From: a virus
Lineage: Duplodnaviria > Caudoviricetes
Virus record (IMG/VR): IMGVR_UViG_3300020205_001884
Coordinates: 1-54,806 of that record
Strand: one strand, 5' to 3'
Length of the DNA stretch: 54,806 bases
The position numbers and the translations under genes are program-made. The notes below the pieces were generated by a model that saw only the letters and a program-made list of their open reading frames with translations, was not told where the DNA came from and searched no databases. This document shows, in pieces, positions 1-9,980 of this stretch (its first letter is position 1; the number at the start of each line of letters is the position of its first letter).

Positions 1-1914
1 AATTAGACTGATTGCCGTACCAACACCATTAGGATCAGAAACAAATATTTCATAACCATTTCCCGATGGGAACACTATATCCTCAACACTAACAGAACCA
101 GTCAAAGAAGAAGCTATGATTACAGAATCGTCTGTGTTTTGTGTAAACGATATACCATTTCCAGCAATGAATTGTAGAGTATCTGTAGTGGACTCTGGAT
201 TATATGTAAGATCCGAAGCTCCAGCTGTACTAAATTTGAATGTCTTGAATGTGTTTGGTATTTCAAAATTTATTGTATCAGTTGCAGAATTTCCTGTTAT
301 GGTCAATGTGGTACTGGTCAAGTTTAAAATATCTGTTGGGCCGGATGCAACAAGATCAGTACCAGAAGGAACATTTATCGTCCTGAACACATCTTGAGAA
401 CCCGCCAAGCCAGTGGTACGAATTTCGATTTCATTATTAGTGGTTACATTAAATCCTATGTTTGTTCCAGCTACAAATCTTAAAGGATAATTTATAGAAT
501 CTATGTCTATTGTTTCTTCTGATCCTTCTCCATAATTTACAGTAACGGAGCCAATACCAGTAGTAACAGAAGAAGACGATGCAAGAATGATTCCTGTACT
601 TGAGGTAAGAGCAACAAATACTGGTCGCATAATTCCGCTAGAGTAAGTACCTTCTTCTACAAAGTCACCAGCAACTGTTTGCGAAAGATAATACTTAGAA
701 CCAGGATTAAGAGAAGCCGCACCAACAAATGCAAATTCACCAGAAAGAACCAGTGTTACTACATTTGCACTTATTGATTCTACTATTCCAATTACATCAG
801 AACTTCCTATTCCATCTGCAATACCAAGAGAATATTGAGCATCACCATCTGTTAGTGTAGAAACTACTACAAGATCACCAACACTGGGAGTTACTGCAAA
901 ATCTGTAGTGCTTATTCTATTTGTAAATTTCTTGTCAAGGAGTCCAGAAGAATTTGTTAATGGGACTTTATTGGCAGTTCCAGTTGGTCCGCTTATAAAT
1001 TGACTAGAATTTTGGATATCTGAAATATAAATTTTTCCATTTATATTTACTATATTATCAAACAATCCAATTTTCTGCATAGTAAGTACAGCATCGTCAC
1101 CATCGGTTGATGTTGGAGTATAGTTATAAAAACCTGCTGTATTTTCAGAAAATTTCAATTTCCATGTTGCAGGCCATTCAGTAGTAGTTCCTACCCCGGC
1201 ATCATTCCATGCTTCTGGAGCAATTCCAACATTAAAGTTGAAAGAAATACCAGTTGGTTTTATATTGTCTGTATCGGTACTTGTCAATGCTCCGGCATTT
1301 ATATGTGTACAGAAATTAAATACAGATTCTGTGTTATTAAGTATTGAATCGGACACAATTCCATAAAAATCAGAGGTACCCAATCCTATATTATTATTGA
1401 AATACCAAATAGAATCGAATCCTTGATATTCTAAAGAACCAATACCGCCTGCTTTAATCTCAGAATTCCATCGATCTCCTGCTGAATTTGTCGCATTTAA
1501 CCAAATATCATTATCAAATTTTATTGTTTCACTAAATGTGTGTTGGTGTTTTATTGTTGGTGGTAAAATTGCTTCTGTAGCTACAGATCTTAAAACTCCA
1601 GATCTATCCAGCAAAAGACGATCAGTAGCAAGTACCGGAGATGTGGTAGTTGCAGAAGATAATTGAGAAACTCCAATAAAACTTAATGTTAATTTATTAG
1701 CAGCAGTGAATGCAATTGCAGGGCCGGCATCTACATTGACAGTTATAACACCATCAACTGTAGTTGTGCAGATGCCATCTCCCTGAAACACATCAGAAAC
1801 ATATAACGAGTTCATTCCATTGATAATATCGTTAGTTCTTGACAACCAAGTAACCACGGTATCTGCATTTGTTAATGTATCGAAATTAAATAATGGCTCT
1901 CGGAATGTGCTCAT
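1..1914 (-). CDS. Large virion structural / fibre-like protein, partial (runs off the left edge; not in the ORF track)
   Basis: The ATG at 1914 overlaps the TGA of the 66-aa ORF (ATGA). Manual translation MSTFREPLFNFDTLTNADTVVTWLSRTNDIING... stays open to position 1. It is S/T/G-rich and beta-rich, with a segment 'DVIGIVESIS...LVLSGEF...LNPGSKYYLSQTVAG' typical of phage fibre or decoration modules. It lies downstream of VrlC. Confidence 0.8.
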   Translation of the reverse strand, partial: MSTFREPLFNFDTLTNADTVVTWLSRTNDIINGMNSLYVSDVFQGDGICTTTVDGVITVNVDAGPAIAFTAANKLTLSFIGVSQLSSATTTSPVLATDRLLLDRSGVLRSVATEAILPPTIKHQHTFSETIKFDNDIWLNATNSAGDRWNSEIKAGGIGSLEYQGFDSIWYFNNNIGLGTSDFYGIVSDSILNNTESVFNFCTHINAGALTSTDTDNIKPTGISFNFNVGIAPEAWNDAGVGTTTEWPATWKLKFSENTAGFYNYTPTSTDGDDAVLTMQKIGLFDNIVNINGKIYISDIQNSSQFISGPTGTANKVPLTNSSGLLDKKFTNRISTTDFAVTPSVGDLVVVSTLTDGDAQYSLGIADGIGSSDVIGIVESISANVVTLVLSGEFAFVGAASLNPGSKYYLSQTVAGDFVEEGTYSSGIMRPVFVALTSSTGIILASSSSVTTGIGSVTVNYGEGSEETIDIDSINYPLRFVAGTNIGFNVTTNNEIEIRTTGLAGSQDVFRTINVPSGTDLVASGPTDILNLTSTTLTITGNSATDTINFEIPNTFKTFKFSTAGASDLTYNPESTTDTLQFIAGNGISFTQNTDDSVIIASSLTGSVSVEDIVFPSGNGYEIFVSDPNGVGTAISLI

Positions 1915-2111
1915 TGATTGTTACCTTTTAAAAGCATTTGTATAATTTGCTCTAATTCTTGTACTCGTTTTTCTAAAATTATATATCTATCATTTTCTTT
2001 TTTAAACCTCTTGGCTTCAATCAATTTAGATCTATCGCATGCCAATAATGCACCCGTTTTAACATCTCGACGAACATCATCTCTACCAGTAATGGAGATT
2101 TTGTTGTTCAT
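1911..2111 (-). CDS. Small conserved hypothetical protein (coiled-coil C-terminus) usually found after VrlC in T4-like phages
   Basis: Pattern 'VRRDVKTGALL...LEKRVQELEQIIQMLL'; translationally coupled on both sides. Confidence 0.7.
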   Translation of the reverse strand: MNNKISITGRDDVRRDVKTGALLACDRSKLIEAKRFKKENDRYIILEKRVQELEQIIQMLLKGNNQ

Positions 2112-5100
2112 AGAACTGCAATTCCTCTCATATCTTTAACACGAGGAACATATGCAGCATTTTCACTATACAAGCAGATTTTTATAGCAAATCTTATAAA
2201 TTCTGCAGATGATGTTGGTGGTAAATCAAATTCTACATCAACAAATTCGTCTTCATATTGAGTAGAATATGCATCAAATGCAGTTGCTCCCATTTTTGGT
2301 ACCATTTGAACATATGGATTTTCATGGAAATTTCTGGTCTGTTCTACTGTTTGAGTTTTCAAGAAAGCTTGAATTTTGCTACCAGTTGGTTTATTTACAG
2401 ATAGTATCAATTTAAATCCATTCGACTCAAATCCGTCTTCCAGTGTTACTATTTTTGTAATATATCTAGCTCTTCTAATATTAGTAGTTTCTGAGGCATA
2501 GGGATTCAATTCACCATTGAGTTCTATGTTGTTACTATTCTCTATTAGATTCTTTACTGCAAATAATGTCAATCTTTCTGTATTAATTACAGGAGAAATA
2601 TCTTTATTTGTTGTAATACCAGTAGCAGTAAAATACAATTTACCACTGTCAAGAAGGGTTTGTGTTGATGTATATTTGATATCATCGTTTGCATTGATAG
2701 TATCATCTATAAAATTAATAGAAGTTCCTGTTGTCCAAGAAATCTTTGCATTTTCGAATTCTTGATATGTGTTATTTAGATTCAATAATTCGTATTGAAC
2801 TGTTTTACCAAGAGAAGCCGTTTCTACTGTGAATGTATATGGAGTGTTTGTAGTAAACTCGCACTTATTCATAGTCATCATCATATCCATTGCTGGTTGT
2901 GGTAACCATGTACTTGCATTAGATGATGTGAAGAACACACCAACATATGGCTGTTCTGTTACTCTTTGTGTGCTATTTAAAAGAGTTTGTCCTATTTCAG
3001 CTATGTAAATTTCATATTCATCTGAAGTTGATTTAACAACAAAGGAATGTTCTCCCGGTTCGAGATAAACAGGATGTTCAAATGTAAATTTAGTTATACT
3101 TGCAACATTATTAGAAGCCGGAAGATCTGAAGTGTTTACTTGAGATGGATGTAAAATACAAATACCACCAGAATAAATCTTATTGATATCCGGGAATCCG
3201 TTTACAGTTGGTCTTACTTCCACTGTTACTGGAATGTTTGTATCGTTTGCTGGTTTTCTAGCAAAGAATATATCTATACTGCTTAAGAAGATACCATCAG
3301 GATACAATTCTCTATTTATTTCAAATGTTTGTGCAAGAGGATCTCTCTTTTTGGTAGTAACAGTTGTCTGTGTTTGTACTCGTTCTTCAGTTCTGTTAAC
3401 ACTCTCAACATCAAATGTTCTTACCGTTGCGCTAGTTCCTTGTCGAACTTGTGACACACCATATGCACTGAATGTTGCTCCTGCAATAGTAGATGCACGG
3501 GTGAAATCATTACTAGAACTATCAGATACAGTAAACTTTCTATCGCCAGTTCTGAAAGTTGCTGCAGGCATATCAAAAATTATAAATGCACTTCCTTGAG
3601 CATTTGTTTTTCTTATCGTAGCAGCACTAAATTTCTTAGCGGAATCTAAAGTAGCAGAAGCGATTGCAGCATCAACTTCTGCAATACTATCGTAAGAATA
3701 GCATTGTCCAGATACATCAATTCCATCAAAGAATGGATATAATCTTGAATTTGATTTCATTCCAGTAACAAACACTTTAATTCTCTTGGCTCTCATGTAT
3801 GGAATTATAGAAACATCTACAATTCTATCTCCAAGAGATACTCTATCTGTTGATGTAGAAACTTGTTCTCCAACAATTTCTCTGCTTTGTTGTGTTGTTG
3901 AAACAGTGGTCGTTCTTATGAATCTTCCTCTGTTGTTGTTACTTGGATTAAATACTCCATTATTTTTTCTGCCTCTTTGGCGTGTTTTTGAAGTTTGTCT
4001 ACTGAAGGTACTCCAGTTACCATAATCAAGTGCAAATGGTCCTTCAGTCGAGCTGTTCAATTGTTCCACTATTCCTTGCCAAGCATCATTACTTCCAGCC
4101 AAGTTTACATTCAACTCTGGTATTGTGTTTGTATCTACCCAATCATCTTCTCGCGGAGACAATCTGATAATACCTTCACTTTGAACTACTTCAAATGGAG
4201 TTACTGTTATTGATCGAGTTGCTTGTGGTTGAACAACAAACGGTATTGATGTGAATGGCATCATATACAAACCAGTAGAAACATCACCATTTTTGGTTGT
4301 TCCTGTTACTCCAGTTTTATCATTAAATAACTCTATAAATGTAGTTTCCGCTGGTAATGGTATCAAAGGAATTGGCACATTATCAAATTTAGGTCTTGCA
4401 CAATTTTCTTGTTTGTCAATGGAAATATAATAATCTGGTTGAGAAACATCGCCTATTTTATGACTTTCAAAAGAATCGACTATTATTCCATTCTTGAATC
4501 TGTTATTGCCCTCTGCATCTTCTACTAAAAGAGAATCTGCATTTTTTTCCAACAGAGACAGAGCAGAATATACTTCTAATTGTTGAACTCGTTTCTCAAT
4601 TCTGCCGATATCTCTCATGGTATATCGCTTATTGTCTGTGTAGTTCAGTGTCAAATCTTTATTGGTGAAGATATATGATGGTTTATCAATTTTGTACAAC
4701 ACCAATCCACCTTCTGGTAGGGTTGGATATGTTGGACTTATACTAGATTCACCATATACAATCTTAAATGCACCATCTTTGTTGATGTACAATACATCTT
4801 TTCTTGGTAAATATATACCAAGAGTTGTGTTTATAGTAGATGATTGTGGTAATATTACAAATTTAGTATTACCAGCATCATTATTCTCTGTCATTAATGG
4901 TCTTGTGTCTATTATTGCAGAAGAGTGATAGGTACTACCATCTACTTTAGAAGAATAGAATGGCATATCCTTTACAGACGATTGCGCGCCTGTGATATCT
5001 CTATATGATTCTCTTACTATTATACCTGCAGTGCCTGTATTGATAGAGTTTGCAATACCAGTAACAGAAATGTATACAGAAAAATCTGTTGCATTCAAGC

Positions 5101-7966
5101 CAGTCTGTGTATAAACTGCTGAGATAGGAACAAAAGGAACAATTGGTCCTTGTAATGGATCTGTATTTTTATTTTCTTGCAATCCATCAGCACCCAATAC
5201 GAGTAGTGATTTGTTATAAGAATAATCGTCAGTTTGATTGGAGATACCGAATGCGTTTTTATGATTGGCACTTAACGGCAAGACTCCACCAACACCAAGG
5301 AAGAATACAGATATCAAAGAATCGACATCATACTTTGAAGTTTCTGCTACCCATTTACCTTTAAACTCTCCAGTAGTTTGATACTTCAAAAGAATAGTTT
5401 CAGTGAATTGTTCTTTTGTTTTTGTTTTTGTCACACTAGATGCAACGCACTTTACCTCTGCGCCTAATATCATTTTCGTGATTCCCCCCGTTGCGTCCGG
5501 GGTTTTTCTACGAACTATTATTTGATTTCTAGGAGAAGTTGGAGAATCTTGTAATAGATCGTAATATACAGAACTATGCTGTGCTGGTTTTGCATCTGTA
5601 TTTGCTTGCAATCCGGTATATTTTATTAATTTTATAGAATTGCCATTAGAATCTGCACCAAATGAGTATGAAGAAGAGAAGCTGCTAGCAAATTCTGCAG
5701 ATGAGATATTATCTCCAATGTCCACTATAAGTGTGTCTGCTGAACTAGATTCTCCTCCAGCACTGAAATCTATATTATAAATTTTCTGAATAGTTAATTC
5801 AGTTGTACCAAAATTAGAAACACCACCTGTAACATTTTCCATAACATCACCACCCGGCAAAGGTAATATCATTTTATCTGCAAATGGTTCATATAAGGTG
5901 GTTATAGGCATACCATTAACAATAGTTTGCGCCACATTCAATACAGGGAATATCTTTGTATAGTTTATACTATCTACTGTTTCTGTACCTGCTATACCAA
6001 TCTGAGAAACATTACTGAATGAAATGGCATCATATTTCATATCAGAATCCATTAAATGTATTTTATAATTGCCAGAATCTTCTTCTATTGCCTTGACGCG
6101 GGTGTTTCCAATAGATGATCCTTTTACTATCGTTCCAACAGAGGCGCTGCCGGTGAGATTTGGATCTGTTTGATCGGCTGCTGTGCTTTCTTGTAATACA
6201 GCACCTGATGAAAAATTATACCAATCAAACTGTGTCGGACCAGGAACGATGTTATTAAATTGTCTGATTGGTAGAATATTTCTTTGACTTCTGTTTAGAA
6301 TAGTAAGATTAGCAGTACCATCTCCACCTTCAGTTGCAATGGTACCAATACGGAATCTGGCAAGTGGTTGTGTTTTTGGTACTAATGTATTATTAGTGTC
6401 AAACAATTTAGGATCAATTGTGCCGTATTCGTATCGTTTGATTACCAATCTAGACGGTATTGTAGACAGCGCCGTTAGATTTGGCTCCCAAGAAACAACC
6501 TTACCTGCAGCATATTGAGTTATAACACCAGCTGGAGATTCTGTTAGTGCTTGTATTACAGTTTCTCCGACTGAGTATTCATAATCTGGATTATACGAAG
6601 TTTCGTTCGTTTCTATTGTTTGTACAAGATACTCGCCATTAGAAGTTCCTGCATCTGTAGTTGGCCAACCTTGATAGAATTCTGAACTAGTTTTATATGT
6701 TGATGAAGATGCTGTATTTTTTATATTAATGAAAGAACCGCTCTTACGAATAAAATTACTTTTATCAATAGAAATAGCAGATCCTCTAGAAATTAAAACA
6801 TTATTTTGATCTTTTTGATATATATTTCCATATTTTATTTCAAATAATTTACTAGGAGCAAGAACAATTAATACCTTAGTTTGACTATCCCAATTCAAAA
6901 ATGTACCAGTTATTTTATATTCTGTGTCAGAACCCCTACCAGTGGCTCCTCCATTTCCAGAATGTTTTCCAGCTGCTTCCCATTTCCACTGATATACTTC
7001 TTGTCCAGCAATAAAATTAGATCCACCTTCATCTGCAAATGCAATCCTCTGTACAGTACCACATTCTGGTGTACTTATTTTTTTAGTATTATTTATTCCA
7101 TATAAGCAGCAAGAACTTTTGCAAGAATTATTAGAATCACCAATACAGAGAAATGTACCACAGTCAGTACAATTGCCATTTTGATTTATAGCATCGTTCA
7201 ATGGAGCATCAAATTGAACGAATATGGAAAGTCTTTGAGATACAGTATCGATTGTACTCGCCAACACAGTTCCTTTATTAATAATATTGCTGTTGCATAT
7301 ATTAGTCTCTGAGGACTTTAATACGACTCTTTGTCCATATTCAAATTCACCAGAACCTATTGCAGTTCCTTCTGTACCAGTTGAATTTGTACAAGCAAGT
7401 CGATCAACTACGCCATATGCTTGTTCTGTTGTTAGTTTATATACATTTGACGCAGTTTGAATACTACTAACTGCAGATCCTGCCCACATTGGGTTTGCTG
7501 GATATACTATGCCTGAAGTAAAAGGAGCAATTTCGTTACAAAATATAACACCATTATTTACATTAAAGTTTGATGGAGCACCACTTTGATGAAACAGTTC
7601 TTTGATGAATAGAGTTCCTCCACCAGTTTCTTTAGATCCGGGAACCCAACGCAGTGCAGTGCCTTCTGCAATAACAGTTCCAGTTGCTCCATCTATTTGC
7701 TTGACTCTAAAATTCTTAGAGATTTCATAATTAGCACTGAATATATCTTCGCGAAATCCTAAATGTCCATCGGTACGATTTATTGGATCATATCCAGTTC
7801 TAAAATTTCCACGCCAATTGTCATTAAATACTATTTTAATAACATCGCCTATTTTGTCTGAAAAATTACTAGCAGTATATGTGGTAGATGTTGTCTCACC
7901 AGATACTACCATCAAATTTGATGCTAAATCGTTCTTAAATTCGTTGTTCGTATTAGAAGTGGTCAT
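2108..7966 (-). CDS. VrlC/DUF4815-like baseplate-associated structural protein, C-terminal part
   Basis: Motifs 'NKRYTMRDIGRIEKRVQQLEVYSALSLLE', 'NRFKNGIIVDSF', 'DPLAQTF', 'GIFLSSIDIFF', 'QPYVGVFFTSSNASTW' and the terminal 'PRVKDMRGIAVL'. Confidence 0.85.
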   Translation of the reverse strand: MTTSNTNNEFKNDLASNLMVVSGETTSTTYTASNFSDKIGDVIKIVFNDNWRGNFRTGYDPINRTDGHLGFREDIFSANYEISKNFRVKQIDGATGTVIAEGTALRWVPGSKETGGGTLFIKELFHQSGAPSNFNVNNGVIFCNEIAPFTSGIVYPANPMWAGSAVSSIQTASNVYKLTTEQAYGVVDRLACTNSTGTEGTAIGSGEFEYGQRVVLKSSETNICNSNIINKGTVLASTIDTVSQRLSIFVQFDAPLNDAINQNGNCTDCGTFLCIGDSNNSCKSSCCLYGINNTKKISTPECGTVQRIAFADEGGSNFIAGQEVYQWKWEAAGKHSGNGGATGRGSDTEYKITGTFLNWDSQTKVLIVLAPSKLFEIKYGNIYQKDQNNVLISRGSAISIDKSNFIRKSGSFINIKNTASSSTYKTSSEFYQGWPTTDAGTSNGEYLVQTIETNETSYNPDYEYSVGETVIQALTESPAGVITQYAAGKVVSWEPNLTALSTIPSRLVIKRYEYGTIDPKLFDTNNTLVPKTQPLARFRIGTIATEGGDGTANLTILNRSQRNILPIRQFNNIVPGPTQFDWYNFSSGAVLQESTAADQTDPNLTGSASVGTIVKGSSIGNTRVKAIEEDSGNYKIHLMDSDMKYDAISFSNVSQIGIAGTETVDSINYTKIFPVLNVAQTIVNGMPITTLYEPFADKMILPLPGGDVMENVTGGVSNFGTTELTIQKIYNIDFSAGGESSSADTLIVDIGDNISSAEFASSFSSSYSFGADSNGNSIKLIKYTGLQANTDAKPAQHSSVYYDLLQDSPTSPRNQIIVRRKTPDATGGITKMILGAEVKCVASSVTKTKTKEQFTETILLKYQTTGEFKGKWVAETSKYDVDSLISVFFLGVGGVLPLSANHKNAFGISNQTDDYSYNKSLLVLGADGLQENKNTDPLQGPIVPFVPISAVYTQTGLNATDFSVYISVTGIANSINTGTAGIIVRESYRDITGAQSSVKDMPFYSSKVDGSTYHSSAIIDTRPLMTENNDAGNTKFVILPQSSTINTTLGIYLPRKDVLYINKDGAFKIVYGESSISPTYPTLPEGGLVLYKIDKPSYIFTNKDLTLNYTDNKRYTMRDIGRIEKRVQQLEVYSALSLLEKNADSLLVEDAEGNNRFKNGIIVDSFESHKIGDVSQPDYYISIDKQENCARPKFDNVPIPLIPLPAETTFIELFNDKTGVTGTTKNGDVSTGLYMMPFTSIPFVVQPQATRSITVTPFEVVQSEGIIRLSPREDDWVDTNTIPELNVNLAGSNDAWQGIVEQLNSSTEGPFALDYGNWSTFSRQTSKTRQRGRKNNGVFNPSNNNRGRFIRTTTVSTTQQSREIVGEQVSTSTDRVSLGDRIVDVSIIPYMRAKRIKVFVTGMKSNSRLYPFFDGIDVSGQCYSYDSIAEVDAAIASATLDSAKKFSAATIRKTNAQGSAFIIFDMPAATFRTGDRKFTVSDSSSNDFTRASTIAGATFSAYGVSQVRQGTSATVRTFDVESVNRTEERVQTQTTVTTKKRDPLAQTFEINRELYPDGIFLSSIDIFFARKPANDTNIPVTVEVRPTVNGFPDINKIYSGGICILHPSQVNTSDLPASNNVASITKFTFEHPVYLEPGEHSFVVKSTSDEYEIYIAEIGQTLLNSTQRVTEQPYVGVFFTSSNASTWLPQPAMDMMMTMNKCEFTTNTPYTFTVETASLGKTVQYELLNLNNTYQEFENAKISWTTGTSINFIDDTINANDDIKYTSTQTLLDSGKLYFTATGITTNKDISPVINTERLTLFAVKNLIENSNNIELNGELNPYASETTNIRRARYITKIVTLEDGFESNGFKLILSVNKPTGSKIQAFLKTQTVEQTRNFHENPYVQMVPKMGATAFDAYSTQYEDEFVDVEFDLPPTSSAEFIRFAIKICLYSENAAYVPRVKDMRGIAVL

Positions 7967-7999
7967 TTATAGCTTTGCCTTTATTTTATATATCTCTGA

Positions 8000-9973
8000 T
8001 TAAGCAGGAGGATTAATTACTTCTACAAATAAAACACTCTCATGGGGAAAGAGTGCATCCACATCCGCTTCACTAATTTTGTTAATATCGACTATGTTTG
8101 CTTCATTTACTAATTTAAATTCTTCATTATTTTTAAATGGAGCCCATGCCAATATTTTTGATTTTTTCTGACCGCCGGTGGTGGGGTATAATAAAATAGT
8201 ATTTGTATTGACATCGATTAAATCTAATAATGGCAATTTCTCAAAATCTACATTACTTGATTGATTTGCATCTCTTGCTGCAAAAGAACCGTAGACATAA
8301 TTACCCAATTCAAAGTCAACATTTAATCCACTCAGAGATTTTATACTTGATTGATTACCACTATTTACATATTCAACTACTCTTGGTGCAAATGTTTCGT
8401 ATTCATAACCAAACACATATGCTTTTCCTGATTGTAATGTGATTGCTAATTTATCAGAACTTCCTACAGGAACATCCAGTCTTGAATATGCTCCCTTTGG
8501 ATCAATTAAAACTTCCACAGAAGAAACTAATAATAATTTATTTGTAGAACCTGTTGATTGTTTAAAATAATAGGAAGTACCGATAGATGATAATTTTTTA
8601 TTATTTTGTAATTCTACTACCAGCTTTGCAGTATTTTGTCCAGTTTCTTCATTATGATCTACAATAATATCAACAACTTTTGCAACAGCAAAAGCAGAAT
8701 CATTTAAATTAGTTGCAGAGAATGGATTAAAATTTGGTTGATTTGCTTGCCATATATACCCACCAACACTTATTAATACATTTGCCGCCTGTCCTATATT
8801 GCTAGCAAAAACTTCAGGAACAGATGTATCAGCTATGGTTAAAACATATTTGTCGTTTCTTAAATGATTTTTTACATCTGCAATAAAGGGAACCACGGTA
8901 TAAGAACCAGACTCGTCTTGTGTTCTTCGTGCAAACAAATCTAAAATTTGTGAATATGAGGATTTATCTTTAATATAATCCACAACTCCGCGTGTTGTTC
9001 TCAGAAGTTGTATGAAATCTGTATTTACATAATTCTCAATATCTACAGAAGAATTGTCATATTCAATTGCTTTTAATGTAAAATTGATACTATAACGATC
9101 TCCACCGGGAGCATTGTAGTTGTAGAATCCTCTTGCGGGATCTTTCAGAGTAGAATCTTGAGTGGCTGTTATAGTTTCTCTGTTTACAGTATAACCAATT
9201 CTATGTGATGGTTTTGCAAACAATCGAACCGCTTTGTTGGCAAAATTATAATCTAATCCAGTATCAACTGTTATTTCTGATTCATCTTCTGCAGATTTCT
9301 TGAACAGAGCAACTGTTTGTTTTGTAGATTTAACAAAATATCCATCAATATAGAAGATACCATCATCAACTGTTACCAGATATCCCTCTCCATATGGAGC
9401 TATTGTATATTGAGTTGGTGTGCCAGCTTGTTCTGCTGGATTTATAACTTTCAGAAACGGACCAGACGAACTCAATCCAATGTAGTGAGATCGTTGTATA
9501 TCAAAAGTTCCTGCTTGTTCCGGTGCAACCGAAACTGTATTATAGAAGGCAACAGGGTAATCATCGTTTACTGAATAATTAGATGGTTCAAAATACGATA
9601 TCTTGATAGTAGCCAATTCTGTAAATACAGAACCAGATTTGCTGAATACTTTAAGAAGATTGGAAGGCAATGTATCCAAATAAGTATCAGCAGAGTTTGT
9701 AGTGACTCCAGATGCGCTATGTGTATATTTCTCTACACGAGCATACGGATTGCTTACAATTTGTATCTTTCCTCCAAAGACTTGACTACCATCTTGAAAA
9801 ATGCTATCAGCAAATTTAGCAAGCTGTGATTGTAGAATTGTTTGTAGTTGTGTCAATTCTCTAGCTTGAACGGCATATCCTGGCTTGAAAAGAATTTTTA
9901 GAAAATTCTTTGCATCATCAAAGTCGTCAAAGTAAGGTGAGCTACTACTAAATTCTGGATTCTTAAATGTCAT
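8000..9973 (-). CDS. VrlC/DUF4815-like protein, N-terminal part
   Basis: Motifs 'SPYFDDFD..KNFLKILFKPGYAVQARELTQLQTILQ', 'YNYNAPGGDRY', 'ARRTQDESGSYTV', 'GKAYVFGYE'. Confidence 0.85.
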   Translation of the reverse strand: MTFKNPEFSSSSPYFDDFDDAKNFLKILFKPGYAVQARELTQLQTILQSQLAKFADSIFQDGSQVFGGKIQIVSNPYARVEKYTHSASGVTTNSADTYLDTLPSNLLKVFSKSGSVFTELATIKISYFEPSNYSVNDDYPVAFYNTVSVAPEQAGTFDIQRSHYIGLSSSGPFLKVINPAEQAGTPTQYTIAPYGEGYLVTVDDGIFYIDGYFVKSTKQTVALFKKSAEDESEITVDTGLDYNFANKAVRLFAKPSHRIGYTVNRETITATQDSTLKDPARGFYNYNAPGGDRYSINFTLKAIEYDNSSVDIENYVNTDFIQLLRTTRGVVDYIKDKSSYSQILDLFARRTQDESGSYTVVPFIADVKNHLRNDKYVLTIADTSVPEVFASNIGQAANVLISVGGYIWQANQPNFNPFSATNLNDSAFAVAKVVDIIVDHNEETGQNTAKLVVELQNNKKLSSIGTSYYFKQSTGSTNKLLLVSSVEVLIDPKGAYSRLDVPVGSSDKLAITLQSGKAYVFGYEYETFAPRVVEYVNSGNQSSIKSLSGLNVDFELGNYVYGSFAARDANQSSNVDFEKLPLLDLIDVNTNTILLYPTTGGQKKSKILAWAPFKNNEEFKLVNEANIVDINKISEADVDALFPHESVLFVEVINPPA

Positions 9974-9980
9974 TTTTTCC

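Noticed and set aside
7967-8002. Stop-codon readthrough or genetic-code reassignment joining the VrlC halves
   Set aside because: There are two in-frame TAA codons, all other genes are intact in the standard code, and the tRNA has a normal GTA anticodon.
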